Translations under genes and position numbers: made by a program
Shown: positions 34,401-47,216 of the stretch, piece after piece
How positions within the stretch are numbered: position 1 is the first letter of the stretch
How the letters are laid out: every line of letters begins with the position of its first letter
The notes under the pieces: model-generated
What the model was told of the DNA's origin: nothing
Databases searched by the model: none
What the model saw: the letters and a program-made list of their open reading frames with translations, nothing else
Assembly: GCA_036003845.1 (NCBI GenBank)
Contig: DASYRX010000159.1
Coordinates: 605-64,604, forward strand
Origin: Gemmatimonadaceae bacterium
Lineage (GTDB): Bacteria; Gemmatimonadota; Gemmatimonadetes; Gemmatimonadales; Gemmatimonadaceae
DNA length: 64,000 nucleotides
Direction: 5' to 3'

Positions 34401-35719
34401 GGTTCGACTCCTTCGATCGTCACGCGGTGTGAAATGAGTGGTAAAGGCGGCTCGGCTTCGTCGGCGATCACGATGGCGACATCGAGCGCTGAGCGAGCGA
34501 TGCGAATGCCGTCGGCGTTGCGCGCGAGGATCGTGGCCAGCGGCTCGCCCGTGTGCACGGCATCGCCAACGTTGGCGCTGATGACGAAGCCGACGCTGGC
34601 ATCGATCGCGTCGTCCGGTCGCGTGCGTCCGCCACCCATCGCGGTGATGGCGTTGCCGATGATGCGCGGATCCACGTGCGCCACGATCCCGCTGCGCGGC
34701 GCCGTGTAGAACTCGCATTCAGCGGCCTGCGGCAGGAGCGCGGGATCATCCAGGAGCCTCGGGTTGCCGCCTTGCGCTTCGATGATTTCCTGGAATTTGC
34801 GTGCGGCGCCGCCCGAGGAAACCGCCACTTCCATTTTGCGCCAGGCGTCGTCGCGCGACGGCGAGGCGCCGGCGAGCAGCAGCATCTCGGCGCCTAACGC
34901 GAACGTGACGCGCATGAGGTCCGGCGGCCCCTCGCCGTGCAGCGTCTGGATGGCCTCTTCTACCTCGATGGCGTTCCCGCACGCGCGGCCGAGCGGACGG
35001 TCCATGGCTGTCAGCAGGGCCACCACGGGGCAGTCGCGAGCGGCACCTAACGATATCATCGACTGGGCCAGCTCCAGACCGCGCGGCAGCTCGGGAAGAA
35101 AGGCGCCGCTCCCGCGCTTGATGTCGAGCACCAGGCCGGTCAGCCCTTCCGCCAGCTTCTTGCTCATGATGCTCGCGGTGATCAGCGGGATGCTCTCGAT
35201 CGTCGCCGTAGAGTCGCGCAGCGCGTACATGCGGCGGTCGGCGGGAGCGATTTCGGCGCTCTGCCCGATCAGAACGCAGCCGATCGCGGCGAGCTGCTTC
35301 CGGGCCGCGCCTAACGACATCTCAGTACGAAAGCCGGGAATCGCCTCAAGCTTATCGAGCGTGCCTCCCGTGTGTCCCAGCGCGCGTCCGGACATCATGG
35401 GTACGCCAACGCCGAGTGATGCGATGAGCGGCGCAAGGATGAGCGATGTCTTGTCGCCAACGCCGCCTGTCGAGTGTTTGTCGATGCGCGCACCGGGAAG
35501 GCCCGACACGTCCAGTGTGCTGCCGCTCGCGATCATCGCATCGGTGAGCGCGTGCGTCTCTTCGCTGTCGAGCCCGCGCAGATAGATGGCCATGAGCAGC
35601 GCCGCCATCTGATAGTCCGGCACGTCCCCACTGCCGTACGCGCGCGCGAGCGTGCGCCACTCGTCGGCCGTGACGCGTCCGCCATCACGCTTCCGCTCGA
35701 TCAGGCGCCGTGCGAGCAT
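34379..35719 (-). CDS. deoA: Thymidine (pyrimidine-nucleoside) phosphorylase; start trimmed to MLARRLIERKRDG
   Basis: ORF 34379..35911: DYQMAALLMAIYLRG, KHSTGGVGDKTSLILAP, MSGRALGHTGGTLDKLE. Confidence 0.9.
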   Translation of the reverse strand: MLARRLIERKRDGGRVTADEWRTLARAYGSGDVPDYQMAALLMAIYLRGLDSEETHALTDAMIASGSTLDVSGLPGARIDKHSTGGVGDKTSLILAPLIASLGVGVPMMSGRALGHTGGTLDKLEAIPGFRTEMSLGAARKQLAAIGCVLIGQSAEIAPADRRMYALRDSTATIESIPLITASIMSKKLAEGLTGLVLDIKRGSGAFLPELPRGLELAQSMISLGAARDCPVVALLTAMDRPLGRACGNAIEVEEAIQTLHGEGPPDLMRVTFALGAEMLLLAGASPSRDDAWRKMEVAVSSGGAARKFQEIIEAQGGNPRLLDDPALLPQAAECEFYTAPRSGIVAHVDPRIIGNAITAMGGGRTRPDDAIDASVGFVISANVGDAVHTGEPLATILARNADGIRIARSALDVAIVIADEAEPPLPLISHRVTIEGVEPWDDELR

Positions 35720-35780
35720 TCCGGTGACTTCAGGGTACTCACCCTGTGGATGGCTCAATTCGACACTCGGAGCATGGCGC

Positions 35781-36557
35781 ATGAAACTGATCCGTAGGCC
35801 GCTTATCGCAAGCACGCTGGCGTTCGCTCTTTTCTCGGCCACAGCGCGTGCACAGACAGCCGCCGAACACATCGCGCTGGGCGACAAGGAGCACGCGGCG
35901 TTCAATTCCACCGCGGCACTCAGGCACTACGAGGCAGCCGTCGCGCTGGAACCGAACAACGCCGAGGCGCTCGGCAAAGCGTCGCGCGATGCGGTGGATG
36001 TCGGTGAGAGCGAACAGAACCGTGTTACGCGCGATTCGCTCTTTCGCGTAGGCGAACGCTACGCGCGTCTAGCCGTGACAGCGAATCCGAACGACGCGGA
36101 GAATCACTTTCATCTTGCTCGCGCGTTAGGCAGAGCCGCGCTCTCCGTCGGCGTGCGCGATCGCGTAAAGTACGCCAAGGACATCCGCGAACAGGCGATG
36201 AAGGCGCTGGAAATCAACCCGCAGCATCCGGGCGCGTTGCACGTCATGGGCGTGTGGAACGCTGAAGTGATGCGCCTCAACAGCGTGCAGCGTTTCTTCG
36301 CGAAGACCGTGCTCGGCGGCGGCGTGCTGGGAACGGCGAATTGGAAGGATGCCGTCTCTTATATGGAGCGCGCTGTCGCCGCGGATCCTGAGCGGCTGAC
36401 CCACCGGCTCGACCTGGCAAAGATTTACATAGATGTGAAGGACAAGACGAAAGCACGCGAGCAGCTCGAGCATATCATTGCGGCGACCGGGCAAAGCGAC
36501 GTGAACGATCCCATCTATAAGCGAGAGGCGAAAGCGTTGTTGGAAAAACTCTCATAG
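35781..36557 (+). CDS. Secreted helical-repeat (TPR-like) protein, hypothetical; start at MKLIRRPL
   Basis: ORF 35652..36557. Signal peptide MKLIRRPLIASTLAFALFSATARAQ. Confidence 0.6.
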   Translation: MKLIRRPLIASTLAFALFSATARAQTAAEHIALGDKEHAAFNSTAALRHYEAAVALEPNNAEALGKASRDAVDVGESEQNRVTRDSLFRVGERYARLAVTANPNDAENHFHLARALGRAALSVGVRDRVKYAKDIREQAMKALEINPQHPGALHVMGVWNAEVMRLNSVQRFFAKTVLGGGVLGTANWKDAVSYMERAVAADPERLTHRLDLAKIYIDVKDKTKAREQLEHIIAATGQSDVNDPIYKREAKALLEKLS

Positions 36558-36635
36558 CGCTTCCTGCTGTGGAGTTGCATGTTTTGTGACTCGCGTCACA
36601 CCGCTCCGGCCGCGCTTGGCACGACTTTGCAAGAG

Positions 36636-37034
36636 ATGACAGCCACACAAATCGACCGCGCCCCAACGATCCTCATTGTCGAGGACAATGAGGACAACCG
36701 CATCGTGTACAGCACGATGCTGCGACACTTTGGCTTCGCTGTGGATGAGGCCGAGAACGGTGCTGAGGGAATCCTCAAAGCCCGGACAGGGCTCCCGGAC
36801 CTAATTCTCATGGACATCGCCATCCCGCTCGTGGATGGTTGGGAAGCGGTTCAGCGGCTTAAGAAGGATCCAGCCACGGCAGCCATCCCGATCGTGGCGC
36901 TGACCGCTCACGCCATGCCGGCCGATCGCGAGAAGGCAATTCAGGTGGGGTGTGACGGCTACCTCGCCAAGCCATGTGAGCCGCGAGCGGTTGTCGAGGA
37001 AGTAAGGCGCATCCTCGAAAGTAAGACCGTCTAG
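36636..37034 (+). CDS. Single-domain response regulator (CheY-like receiver)
   Basis: ORF 36579..37034: ILIVEDNEDN, DLILMDIAIPLVDGWE, ALTAHA, DGYLAKP. Confidence 0.85.
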   Translation: MTATQIDRAPTILIVEDNEDNRIVYSTMLRHFGFAVDEAENGAEGILKARTGLPDLILMDIAIPLVDGWEAVQRLKKDPATAAIPIVALTAHAMPADREKAIQVGCDGYLAKPCEPRAVVEEVRRILESKTV

Positions 37035-37165
37035 GGCCGCACCTTAGGCCCGCCCGGCGTTGCCAGCGCACGGGCTTCGACGTCCTTATGCCATGCGGGG
37101 CTGTATAGCCTCGTCCCGGGCGCAGCGAGCAACGCCGCGGGTGGTCCCCACACACGGCACGGCCA

Positions 37166-37984
37166 ATGGAACCCCTGTCTCATTCTTTGATCGAAGCCGA
37201 CCCGGAGCACGCGCACTCGGGCGCGGACGAGCTTTCGAATTTGCGCTCGCAGGTCGCGAGCCTAACTAGAGAGCGCGACCAGCTGCTGGCTGTGGTGGAC
37301 ATCCTCCAGGAAATCTCGTCCACTCTGCACTTCTCCGAGATTCTGCAGCGCATCGCGCGCAAACTCGGCGACATGTTCGGGTTGGATCGCTCGTCGATCT
37401 TCCTTGCCGGCGACGGTGGCGCTCAGGTGCGCTTGGTCGCGACGTACGAAGACCCGTCGCTCAGAAATCTCGTCGTGGATCTCGATCGCTATCCGGAATT
37501 GCGGCAGGCGTTCGATTCGGGCGAGACCGTGTTCATTCCAGACGCCGTCAACGATCCGATGCTGTCGCAGGTGCGTGAGAACCTGGATCTCCGCAACGTG
37601 CGTTCGATCGTTGTAGTGCCGGTGCGTTGGAGAACGAGCGTGATCGGCGCGATCTTCCTGCGCACTGAGCGCGGCTCGGTTCCCTTCTCCCATAGCGACG
37701 TTGAGTTTTGTCAGGTGATCGCGTCGCTTACGGCGACTGCGCTGCGCAACGCGCATCGCTATGAGTCGCTGCAGGCTGAGAGCGGCGACCGGATCGCCCG
37801 CGAGCGGCGTGCAGAGCTGGAGCGCATCGCCATCCTCGCGTTCATGCGCCGACTATTCGATCGTTATGCAACGAGCGACGATCACGTCTGGGCGGAAACG
37901 TTGCTCCCTCGCGCTTCCGACGAAGAGCTCGATCGCCTCGTCTCGGTGACGATGAAGGTGGTGCAGGAAGAAGCTGCAGGCTGA
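37166..37984 (+). CDS. GAF domain-containing protein
   Basis: ORF track. Coiled-coil N-terminus followed by a GAF-like block (SIFLAGDGGAQVRLVATYED...VVVPVRWRTSVIGAIFL). Confidence 0.75.
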   Translation: MEPLSHSLIEADPEHAHSGADELSNLRSQVASLTRERDQLLAVVDILQEISSTLHFSEILQRIARKLGDMFGLDRSSIFLAGDGGAQVRLVATYEDPSLRNLVVDLDRYPELRQAFDSGETVFIPDAVNDPMLSQVRENLDLRNVRSIVVVPVRWRTSVIGAIFLRTERGSVPFSHSDVEFCQVIASLTATALRNAHRYESLQAESGDRIARERRAELERIAILAFMRRLFDRYATSDDHVWAETLLPRASDEELDRLVSVTMKVVQEEAAG

Positions 37985-38061
37985 GGTCTGAGGTCTGAGG
38001 TCAGAGGTCAGAGGTCAGAGGTCAGAGGTCAGAGGTCAGAGGTCAGAGGTCAGAGGTCAGA
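37982..38061. repeat. Tandem heptad array, 11 units (TGAGGTC x3 then AGAGGTC x8)
   Basis: Direct reading of ctgaggtctgaggtctgaggtcagaggtcag... The first unit contains the GAF gene's TGA stop. The last unit contains the stop of the minus-strand four-helix-bundle gene. Confidence 0.95.
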
Positions 38062-38452
38062 GCGGCGTAAGGCGACGCATTAACGCCGTCAACATCCGAC
38101 CGACTTCGTCGAGCAATCGCTCCGCGACAGCTAAGTTGTCGTCGCGTAAGTATTTCAGTCGCCGTGCGATTCCCAAGTGCGTGTCAAGCTCACGCGCGGA
38201 ACCGCGCGCCATTGCCAAGAACCGCGCGTAGTCTCGCGGCTGATTGCGACCTTTTCCTTCTGCGATGTTGGACGCGATTGATACCGCAGCTGTTCGCATT
38301 TGGTGCACGAGGCCAAAGCGCTCAGATGCGGGAAGGCCGCGCGACGCACGATAAACTTCCTCTGCCAAGTCCATGGACTTCTGCCACACGATCAAATCGC
38401 GATGGCTTGCCGCGGGGCGTGGTGCGCGCGATGTCGGCTTCACGAGCAACAC
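38057..38452 (-). CDS. Four-helix-bundle protein (23S rRNA intervening-sequence protein family)
   Basis: ORF track: HRDLIVWQKSMDLAEEVYRASRGLPASERFGLVHQMRTAAVSIASNIAEGKGR...FLAMARGSARELDTHL matches the family signature as I recall it. Confidence 0.85.
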   Translation of the reverse strand: MLLVKPTSRAPRPAASHRDLIVWQKSMDLAEEVYRASRGLPASERFGLVHQMRTAAVSIASNIAEGKGRNQPRDYARFLAMARGSARELDTHLGIARRLKYLRDDNLAVAERLLDEVGRMLTALMRRLTPL

Positions 38453-38457
38453 GGTAG

Positions 38458-41153
<2,696 letters not shown>

Positions 41154-41190
41154 CGACAAAGACAAGAGCGATTCGGATCTCGGGTCGCTT

Positions 41191-41706
41191 CTAGGTCGAG
41201 TCGGCGTATTTCGGATTGGGGACTAGTTCACCGTCGACAAGAACTTCGCGATCCCACGGCAGGACGATTACGCTTTCAGTCGCGAGCGCATAGAAATCCG
41301 GCTCGTGCGTGCCCGTCTTGAACGACACGGCCGTGCGCACCTCGCGCGCCCCGGCGTTCACTGCCGCGGCAACCGCCAGCCGAAGCGTGTCGCCCGACTC
41401 GCACGTCTCATCCACAACGAGCACGCGCTGATCGCGCACTTCCTGCGGCGCTCTGCCTAACACGGCCGGCGTCGCGCGCACGTGCTCTGCCCGATAGCGG
41501 CGACTAACAATGATCGAATAAAACTCGCGATCCAGAATGGCGGCGACCGTTGCACCGGGAATCACACCCGCGGGCGCGACGCCGAGGACGAGATCTGGCT
41601 CGTAGGTGCGCGCCACTTTGAGCGCGAGCGCGCGCGAGAGCTCACCGAAGAGCGGCCACTCGACGATGAACGTCCCTTTGCTCGGATCGCGCGGCGGTCG
41701 AGGCAT
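41191..41706 (-). CDS. Phosphoribosyltransferase family protein (start trimmed to MPRPPRD)
   Basis: ORF 41191..41886: PRPP loop VLVVDETCESGDTL. Confidence 0.8.
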   Translation of the reverse strand: MPRPPRDPSKGTFIVEWPLFGELSRALALKVARTYEPDLVLGVAPAGVIPGATVAAILDREFYSIIVSRRYRAEHVRATPAVLGRAPQEVRDQRVLVVDETCESGDTLRLAVAAAVNAGAREVRTAVSFKTGTHEPDFYALATESVIVLPWDREVLVDGELVPNPKYADST

Positions 41707-41907
41707 GAGATTCGGGACTGGAAACGAGGTTCGAGCGGCGAACGAGTCGTGAACCGCGAAAGCTATGTTTGAGCCCAAGCGGACGCGAGCGCCGACGAGC
41801 CCAACTAAGTTGCTGTGCTGCATGGCGTTGCTCGGCTCGCATCCGGGATATACTTTGCGTCGCGTTATACACGCCTCCCGAGACACTCAAATCCCGTCGA
41901 TTCGCGC

Positions 41908-42402
41908 ATGTCTTGGCTGAGCCGCTTGTTCGGCGGTCGATCCGAGAGCGATCTCAAGCCGCAGCGAGTGGACTACCTCAAGGAAGCCCTGCTGCTCGAG
42001 CGACAGGGCGACTTCGAGGCAGCGCTCACGTCCTATCGGCTCGCCTTGCGAGAAAAGCCGGACGACCATCGCGTGTTGCAAAACATGGCGATCGCTTACT
42101 CGCGTACTCACCGAACCGACGAGGCTGCGCGCTGCTATCGTCGCGCGCTCGAGATCAAGCCTGATCTCGCAGGCGCGCACTACGGTCTCGGGTTCTTGCT
42201 ACTCAAACGCGGTGAGACGGAACAGGGAATCCGCCACCTCGAAGCATTTCTGGCTGCGCCACCGAAAGGAAATGAAGCCGCTCGTTGGGTAGAGCACGCC
42301 CGAGCCGCGATGGACAGTGTGCAGAATGGTGGCAGCAGCCTATCTGGCGGAGGAGGCGCCGCCGCGCCTAACAACGGCGCATCCGCGGAGCTCCAGCCGT
42401 AA
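41908..42402 (+). CDS. Tetratricopeptide-repeat protein (start at MSWLSRLFGG)
   Basis: ORF 41815..42402. TPR-like repeats (EAALTSYRLALREKPDD, EAARCYRRALEIKPD). The stop abuts the ParA start. Confidence 0.7.
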   Translation: MSWLSRLFGGRSESDLKPQRVDYLKEALLLERQGDFEAALTSYRLALREKPDDHRVLQNMAIAYSRTHRTDEAARCYRRALEIKPDLAGAHYGLGFLLLKRGETEQGIRHLEAFLAAPPKGNEAARWVEHARAAMDSVQNGGSSLSGGGGAAAPNNGASAELQP

Positions 42403-43170
42403 GTGGGTCGCGTCCTGGCGGTCGTCAGCCAGAAAGGTGGTGTCGGTAAGACCACGACCTCAGTGAATCTGGCAGCGGCCTTCGCGCGGCGCGGCCTCAA
42501 GACCCTCATCGTCGACACAGATCCGCAGGGCGCGGTGCGCTATGGCATCGGCCTCAGGCGCGGTCACGCCACACACGGATTCGCCGACTACCTGACCGGC
42601 GAGCGACAGCTGCGAGACGTGATACTTCCGACCGCGCTGCCATGGCTGCGTGTGATCCTCGCCGGCTCCGTGTCCGATTCGGCGAATCACACGGAGTATC
42701 AGCGCCGCGTCGCCGAAACGAACTTGTTAGGCGAGCTCCTGCGCACGGCGCGCGAGCGCTGCGACATCGTCGTCGTCGACACGCCGCCTGGTCTCGGTCC
42801 GGTCGTCCTTCGCGTCTTGCAGGACAGCCAGCACGTAATCGTGCCGCTGCAAACCGAACCCCTCGCTCTGCAGACGACGCCCCAGATCTTGCGCGGTATT
42901 CAGGAGATGGCCGACGTGAATCCCGAGCTCACGCTCGACGGCCTCCTGCTTACCATGTACGAGTCGGGGCACTCCGCCGCCGAACGTGTGGCCGAGTACG
43001 TGCGATCGCACCTTCCCGCCGACATGGTGTTTGATCTTGTCATTCCGCGTTCTGTGGCCGCGACGGAAGCGTTCGCTGCTGGTCAGCCTGTGGTGCTCCG
43101 GACGCCCGGCGATCCCGCATCCCAGGCGTATGTGAACCTGGCCACGCTGCTTGTCGAGCGTTTTGGATGA
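42403..43170 (+). CDS. ParA/Soj-type AAA ATPase (GTG start)
   Basis: ORF track: deviant Walker A SQKGGVGKTTTSVNLA, IVDTDPQG, VVVDTPPG. Confidence 0.9.
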   Translation: MGRVLAVVSQKGGVGKTTTSVNLAAAFARRGLKTLIVDTDPQGAVRYGIGLRRGHATHGFADYLTGERQLRDVILPTALPWLRVILAGSVSDSANHTEYQRRVAETNLLGELLRTARERCDIVVVDTPPGLGPVVLRVLQDSQHVIVPLQTEPLALQTTPQILRGIQEMADVNPELTLDGLLLTMYESGHSAAERVAEYVRSHLPADMVFDLVIPRSVAATEAFAAGQPVVLRTPGDPASQAYVNLATLLVERFG

Positions 43171-43922
43171 GTAGTCGTTGGGCAGTTTGCAGCCTGGCTC
43201 TATTTGCGGCCGGCTGCATCGACCTTGGCACCGATACGAATGCGATCGGTGCGATCAGTTTTGACGGCATTCCCTATCCTGCTGTCGTAGCCGGCGACAC
43301 GCTGCGCAATGAGCAAGGTCAGGTCACTGCTCTGAGGGCAACGGTACGTAGCGGCGCGGGCGATACTGTCCCTAACGCGAAAGTGCAGTTTTTCACGCGT
43401 GACACAACCATCCAGCTGACGGCGGACGGAATTGTGATCGGGCGCGCGACCGCAACGGGACTCGCGCGACTCTTCGCCACGGTGGACGGCCTCCAAAGTA
43501 TCACGCGAGAAATTGATGTCGTTAGGCGTCCCGACTCAGTTGAGTTTGTGAGCGCGCCCACGGAGCTCACAGTCAGTTCTGCAGATACAACGAACAATTC
43601 GCAGCCGTTCCAACTGCGACTGCTCAACATGGCGAGTAGCCGCGGCGTGAAGGGCTTTCTCGTTCGCTACACGCTCGAATTCCGCGGAGCAGTGATTGCG
43701 CCCGGCGATACGACGCGGATCTTGTTGGTTGACGATTTGGGACGGCCGTCGACAGTGGACACAACAGACGACAGCGGCAACGCCGGGCGTCGTGTGCACG
43801 CGCGAGTGCCGGCGCTGTCAGGCGTGACCGATTCGGCGATCGTGCGCTGGCACGTGTCCGCCGGGGCCTATCCTGGCATCCAGACCGAATTCCAGCGTGT
43901 GTTGCGTATTCGTCCTCCCTGA
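43167..43922 (+). CDS. Lipoprotein, hypothetical
   Basis: ORF track. Lipobox LALFAAGC. 4-nt overlap with the ParA gene. Confidence 0.6.
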   Translation: MSSRWAVCSLALFAAGCIDLGTDTNAIGAISFDGIPYPAVVAGDTLRNEQGQVTALRATVRSGAGDTVPNAKVQFFTRDTTIQLTADGIVIGRATATGLARLFATVDGLQSITREIDVVRRPDSVEFVSAPTELTVSSADTTNNSQPFQLRLLNMASSRGVKGFLVRYTLEFRGAVIAPGDTTRILLVDDLGRPSTVDTTDDSGNAGRRVHARVPALSGVTDSAIVRWHVSAGAYPGIQTEFQRVLRIRPP

Positions 43923-43925
43923 GTA

Positions 43926-45776
43926 ATGGCCACAGAGACCTACGCGCGCGGTGGGCCCCGCCCACCGCCCGGGACAATCTGCAAACTCTTTTTCGACGCC
44001 GTTGAACGCCGGCGGGCGAATGCCATGCAAGTCCGGGTCGACGGAGCGTATCAGTCGATCTCGCACGACCGCATCCTCGAGTGGGTGCGGCGCATCGCCC
44101 TCGGCCTTTCGGCGATAGGTGTTCGTAAAGGCGACCGCGTCGCGATCCTCTCGGAAAACAGGCCGGAATGGGCGATCAGCGACTATGCGTGCCTAACGAG
44201 CGGCGCCGTGGACGTGCCGATCTACGCGACATTGCCGGCCGAGCACCTTCCCTATCTGCTGAATGACAGCGGGACTGCGGTCATCTTCGTCTCGACAGCG
44301 CAGCAAGCGGCCAAAATCTCGGCGATCCGCGCTCAGGTTCCCAAGCTGGCGCACGTCATCTGCTTCGACGAAGCGGCCGCTGCGAACGCGACGATGACCT
44401 TCGCCGCATTGGAGAAGGCCGGCGCGGCGAACGACTCACCTGACCTGGCCGAGTCATGGCGGCGCAACGCGCTGAGCCTCGCACCTAACGATCTCGCGAC
44501 GATTATCTACACGTCCGGCACGACGGGCGAGCCGAAGGGTGTGATGCTGTCGCACGACAACATCCATTCGAATGTCGTCGGTACGGCAAGTGCGATCCCA
44601 ACGACTGAGGAGGATATCGCGCTCTCGTTCCTCCCGCTGTCGCACATCTTCGAGCGCACCGGCGATTATTGGCATTTCTACAACGGCCTCTCCATCGCCT
44701 ATGTAGAATCGTTCGACCTTGTCCCCACGGCGATGGCGCAAGTTCGGCCAATGGTCGTGATGTCGGTTCCGCGATTGTACGAGAAGATGTACGCGCGCGT
44801 TCTGGAGAACGCGCTCTCAGGAGGAGCTCTCAAGAAACGCATCTTCTTCTGGGCGCGCGACGTCGCGTTGCGACGTTCGGACATCGTGCTTGCAGGAAAG
44901 AAGCCCGGGCCAGCGCTCGCTGCGTCCTACGCTTTGGCGGACAAGCTCGTCTTCTCCAAACTACGCGAGCGTACTGGTGGCCGGCTGCGCTTCTTCGTGT
45001 CCGGAGGTGCCCCGCTGGCGCTCGAAATCAACAAGTTTTTCAACGCGGCGGGCCTAACGATTCTCGAAGGGTACGGCCTGACGGAGACATCGCCTGTGAT
45101 CGGCGTCAACACTCCCGAGGCATTTCGCATGGGGACGATCGGGAAACCGATTGCCGGCGTCGAAGTGATGATCGCAGCGGATGGCGAAATCCTCACGCGC
45201 GGACCGCACGTCATGCTCGGCTACTACAACAAGCCGGATGCGACGCGCGAAGCCATCGACACCGAGGGCTGGTTCCACACCGGTGACATCGGCGTGCTCG
45301 AAGACGGCTTTCTACGCATCACCGATCGCAAGAAGGACATCATCGTAACAGCCGGCGGGAAAAACATCGCGCCGCAGCCGATCGAGAACGCGGTCAAGAC
45401 AAACAAGTACGTCTCACAGGCCGTCATGCTCGGCGACCGGCGAAAGTATCCCGTCCTGCTCGTGGTGCCTAATTTCGATCAGCTTGAAAAGTGGGCCAAG
45501 CAGCGGAACATCATCTGGACGGATCGTCCGCAGCTTCTGGCGATGCCGACAATTCAGGCCAAGATGGAGAAGGAAGTTCGCGAGCACTTCACGGACCTCG
45601 CCAGCTACGAGACTCCCAAGCGCATTGGCTTGCTGGCGCAGGACTTCAGCATCGAGAGCGGCGAGATGACGCCGACGCTCAAAGTGAAGCGACGCGCGAT
45701 CGAAAAGAACTACAAGGATCTGATCGAATCCCTGTACACACTTCGCGCCGGGGATCCGGCGACCGTCGAGGTATAA
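43926..45776 (+). CDS. Long-chain-fatty-acid--CoA ligase (AMP-dependent synthetase)
   Basis: ORF track: IIYTSGTTGEPKGVMLSH, GYGLTETS, GWFHTGD, PTLKVKRR. Confidence 0.9.
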   Translation: MATETYARGGPRPPPGTICKLFFDAVERRRANAMQVRVDGAYQSISHDRILEWVRRIALGLSAIGVRKGDRVAILSENRPEWAISDYACLTSGAVDVPIYATLPAEHLPYLLNDSGTAVIFVSTAQQAAKISAIRAQVPKLAHVICFDEAAAANATMTFAALEKAGAANDSPDLAESWRRNALSLAPNDLATIIYTSGTTGEPKGVMLSHDNIHSNVVGTASAIPTTEEDIALSFLPLSHIFERTGDYWHFYNGLSIAYVESFDLVPTAMAQVRPMVVMSVPRLYEKMYARVLENALSGGALKKRIFFWARDVALRRSDIVLAGKKPGPALAASYALADKLVFSKLRERTGGRLRFFVSGGAPLALEINKFFNAAGLTILEGYGLTETSPVIGVNTPEAFRMGTIGKPIAGVEVMIAADGEILTRGPHVMLGYYNKPDATREAIDTEGWFHTGDIGVLEDGFLRITDRKKDIIVTAGGKNIAPQPIENAVKTNKYVSQAVMLGDRRKYPVLLVVPNFDQLEKWAKQRNIIWTDRPQLLAMPTIQAKMEKEVREHFTDLASYETPKRIGLLAQDFSIESGEMTPTLKVKRRAIEKNYKDLIESLYTLRAGDPATVEV

Positions 45777-45800
45777 GGTCGCTGCCTAACGAGCGTTGAA

Positions 45801-46457
45801 CTATTGCGGTGGGCGGCCAATAGACGGCAGCGCGCGGTCAAGGAACGCTTCCACCGGTTGTCGCCCATCCGAGCCCATCCTGTGCGTGTCCATCAGGTTG
45901 ATCGCTCGCGCGTTGGCGAGAGCTTCGTCGACCGGGACGCCACGCTCCTTGATGAGGTACGCAGCCCAAAGGTGGCTCGCGCGCCACGCGATCGTGCAGT
46001 GCAATAGAACCTTGCCGTTCGCGGTGCTGACCGCCTCAACGAACTTCGCGAGCGTGGCCGGAGAGTAGGGGAACTCGGCGTTGCCGCGTACTGGCAGATA
46101 GACGTAGCGCATCCCGAGCTCCGCGATGAGCGCCGGCTCGTCGAAACGGACAGCAGTACGCATTTCTTCCGGCGTCCTCAAGTTGACGACCGTCGTCACG
46201 CCACGTGCCTTCATTTCGCGAAGGGCTCGTTCCGTGGGCTGCCCGGCGACAAAAATGTCCTCGCCGACGCTGGCGAACCGAGCTTGGAACATCCCCGCCG
46301 TATCGAGAATAACCGGGTCGGCAAGTTTTGAGATCGACCCCGGGCGGGTGAACTGCTGCGTGAGGGCTGGGCTCGGTGCTATCCCCAGGCTGAATAGCAC
46401 TAATGTCAGGGCGAGTGCGTGTCTCATTCTTCGTCTCGTTAGGAAGTAGTTCGCCAC
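45801..46457 (-). CDS. Secreted protein-tyrosine-phosphatase-like protein (HCx5R fold)
   Basis: ORF track: signal peptide, VVNLRTPEE, and LHCTIAWRAS (HCxxxxxR signature). Confidence 0.55.
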   Translation of the reverse strand: MANYFLTRRRMRHALALTLVLFSLGIAPSPALTQQFTRPGSISKLADPVILDTAGMFQARFASVGEDIFVAGQPTERALREMKARGVTTVVNLRTPEEMRTAVRFDEPALIAELGMRYVYLPVRGNAEFPYSPATLAKFVEAVSTANGKVLLHCTIAWRASHLWAAYLIKERGVPVDEALANARAINLMDTHRMGSDGRQPVEAFLDRALPSIGRPPQ

Positions 46458-46561
46458 CGCACCACACCTTTACCGTCGTTATTCGACGCGGCGGCTTGCG
46501 TCTCTCAACTCCGCTGGATCATAGCACAGCCTCTCGCGCGACGCTTGAACAGTTTTGACCG

Positions 46562-47206
46562 TTACCGAGCGCGACGCAAACTGATCATCTCTGACGCGCG
46601 CACGCCGACCAGTTCCCGCTCGTCATGAGCAAGTAGCGTCATCCCTTCCGGCAGCGCGGCGCTCGCGGGAATCACCAGTCGGCCATTCACGCGCAGCCGT
46701 TCGCGGACCTGGTCCAGTTGGAGCTGCCGCAGCTCAGTCTCACCTAGCGCAGCGCCGTGCGCCGCGCTCGGCGCTATCGGGATTGTCGCGGCAATCCGGA
46801 GCACGCTTGAATGGTCCGCGATGTGCTGCTCCTCGTTCCGTGGGGCGTTGATAGCCACGCAAATGGCATCGAACATGACGCTCAGTGCCGGTGCGAATCG
46901 CGCGTACTCGCCGAAGATCAGGAGAAGCCGCCCGGGCTCGGTGAGGTCCAGCTGCGCAGCGAGCCGTATCGCGGCCTCCTCGTTAGGTGGCTCCCGAGTG
47001 ACCGCGTGAGCTTCCGGGTCTTGGGGCGCAGGGTCGCGGCGAAAATCCGCAACCGCATTATGGATGCGGTATTCGGCTCCGCAAACTGGGCAGCCGAGTG
47101 ATCCCTCGATGATGCGGCGCTCGACCTGTCGCGTCGCCGACGCTACCAGCGCCGATTCCGCATGGCCGACGGGGCAGCGCAGGAGCTCGATGACGCCGAC
47201 GTGCAT
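46562..47206 (-). CDS. Trm112-like zinc-ribbon protein with a degenerate methyltransferase-like C-terminus (hypothetical)
   Basis: ORF track: LLRCPVGHAES...GSLGCPVCGAEYRIHNAVADF. Confidence 0.45.
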   Translation of the reverse strand: MHVGVIELLRCPVGHAESALVASATRQVERRIIEGSLGCPVCGAEYRIHNAVADFRRDPAPQDPEAHAVTREPPNEEAAIRLAAQLDLTEPGRLLLIFGEYARFAPALSVMFDAICVAINAPRNEEQHIADHSSVLRIAATIPIAPSAAHGAALGETELRQLQLDQVRERLRVNGRLVIPASAALPEGMTLLAHDERELVGVRASEMISLRRAR

Positions 47207-47216
47207 GGGTCAGTTC

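Noticed and set aside
33534-35911. Longest-ORF versions of the cyclase (394 aa) and thymidine phosphorylase (510 aa) genes.
   Set aside because: The N-terminal extensions are Arg/His-rich or Cys/Ala-rich non-protein-like sequence and overlap neighbouring genes. Internal ATGs at 34400 and 35719 give family-typical N-termini.
37982-38061. The heptad arrays as a possible CRISPR array.
   Set aside because: The units are 7 nt with no spacers and no cas genes. They are simple tandem repeats.
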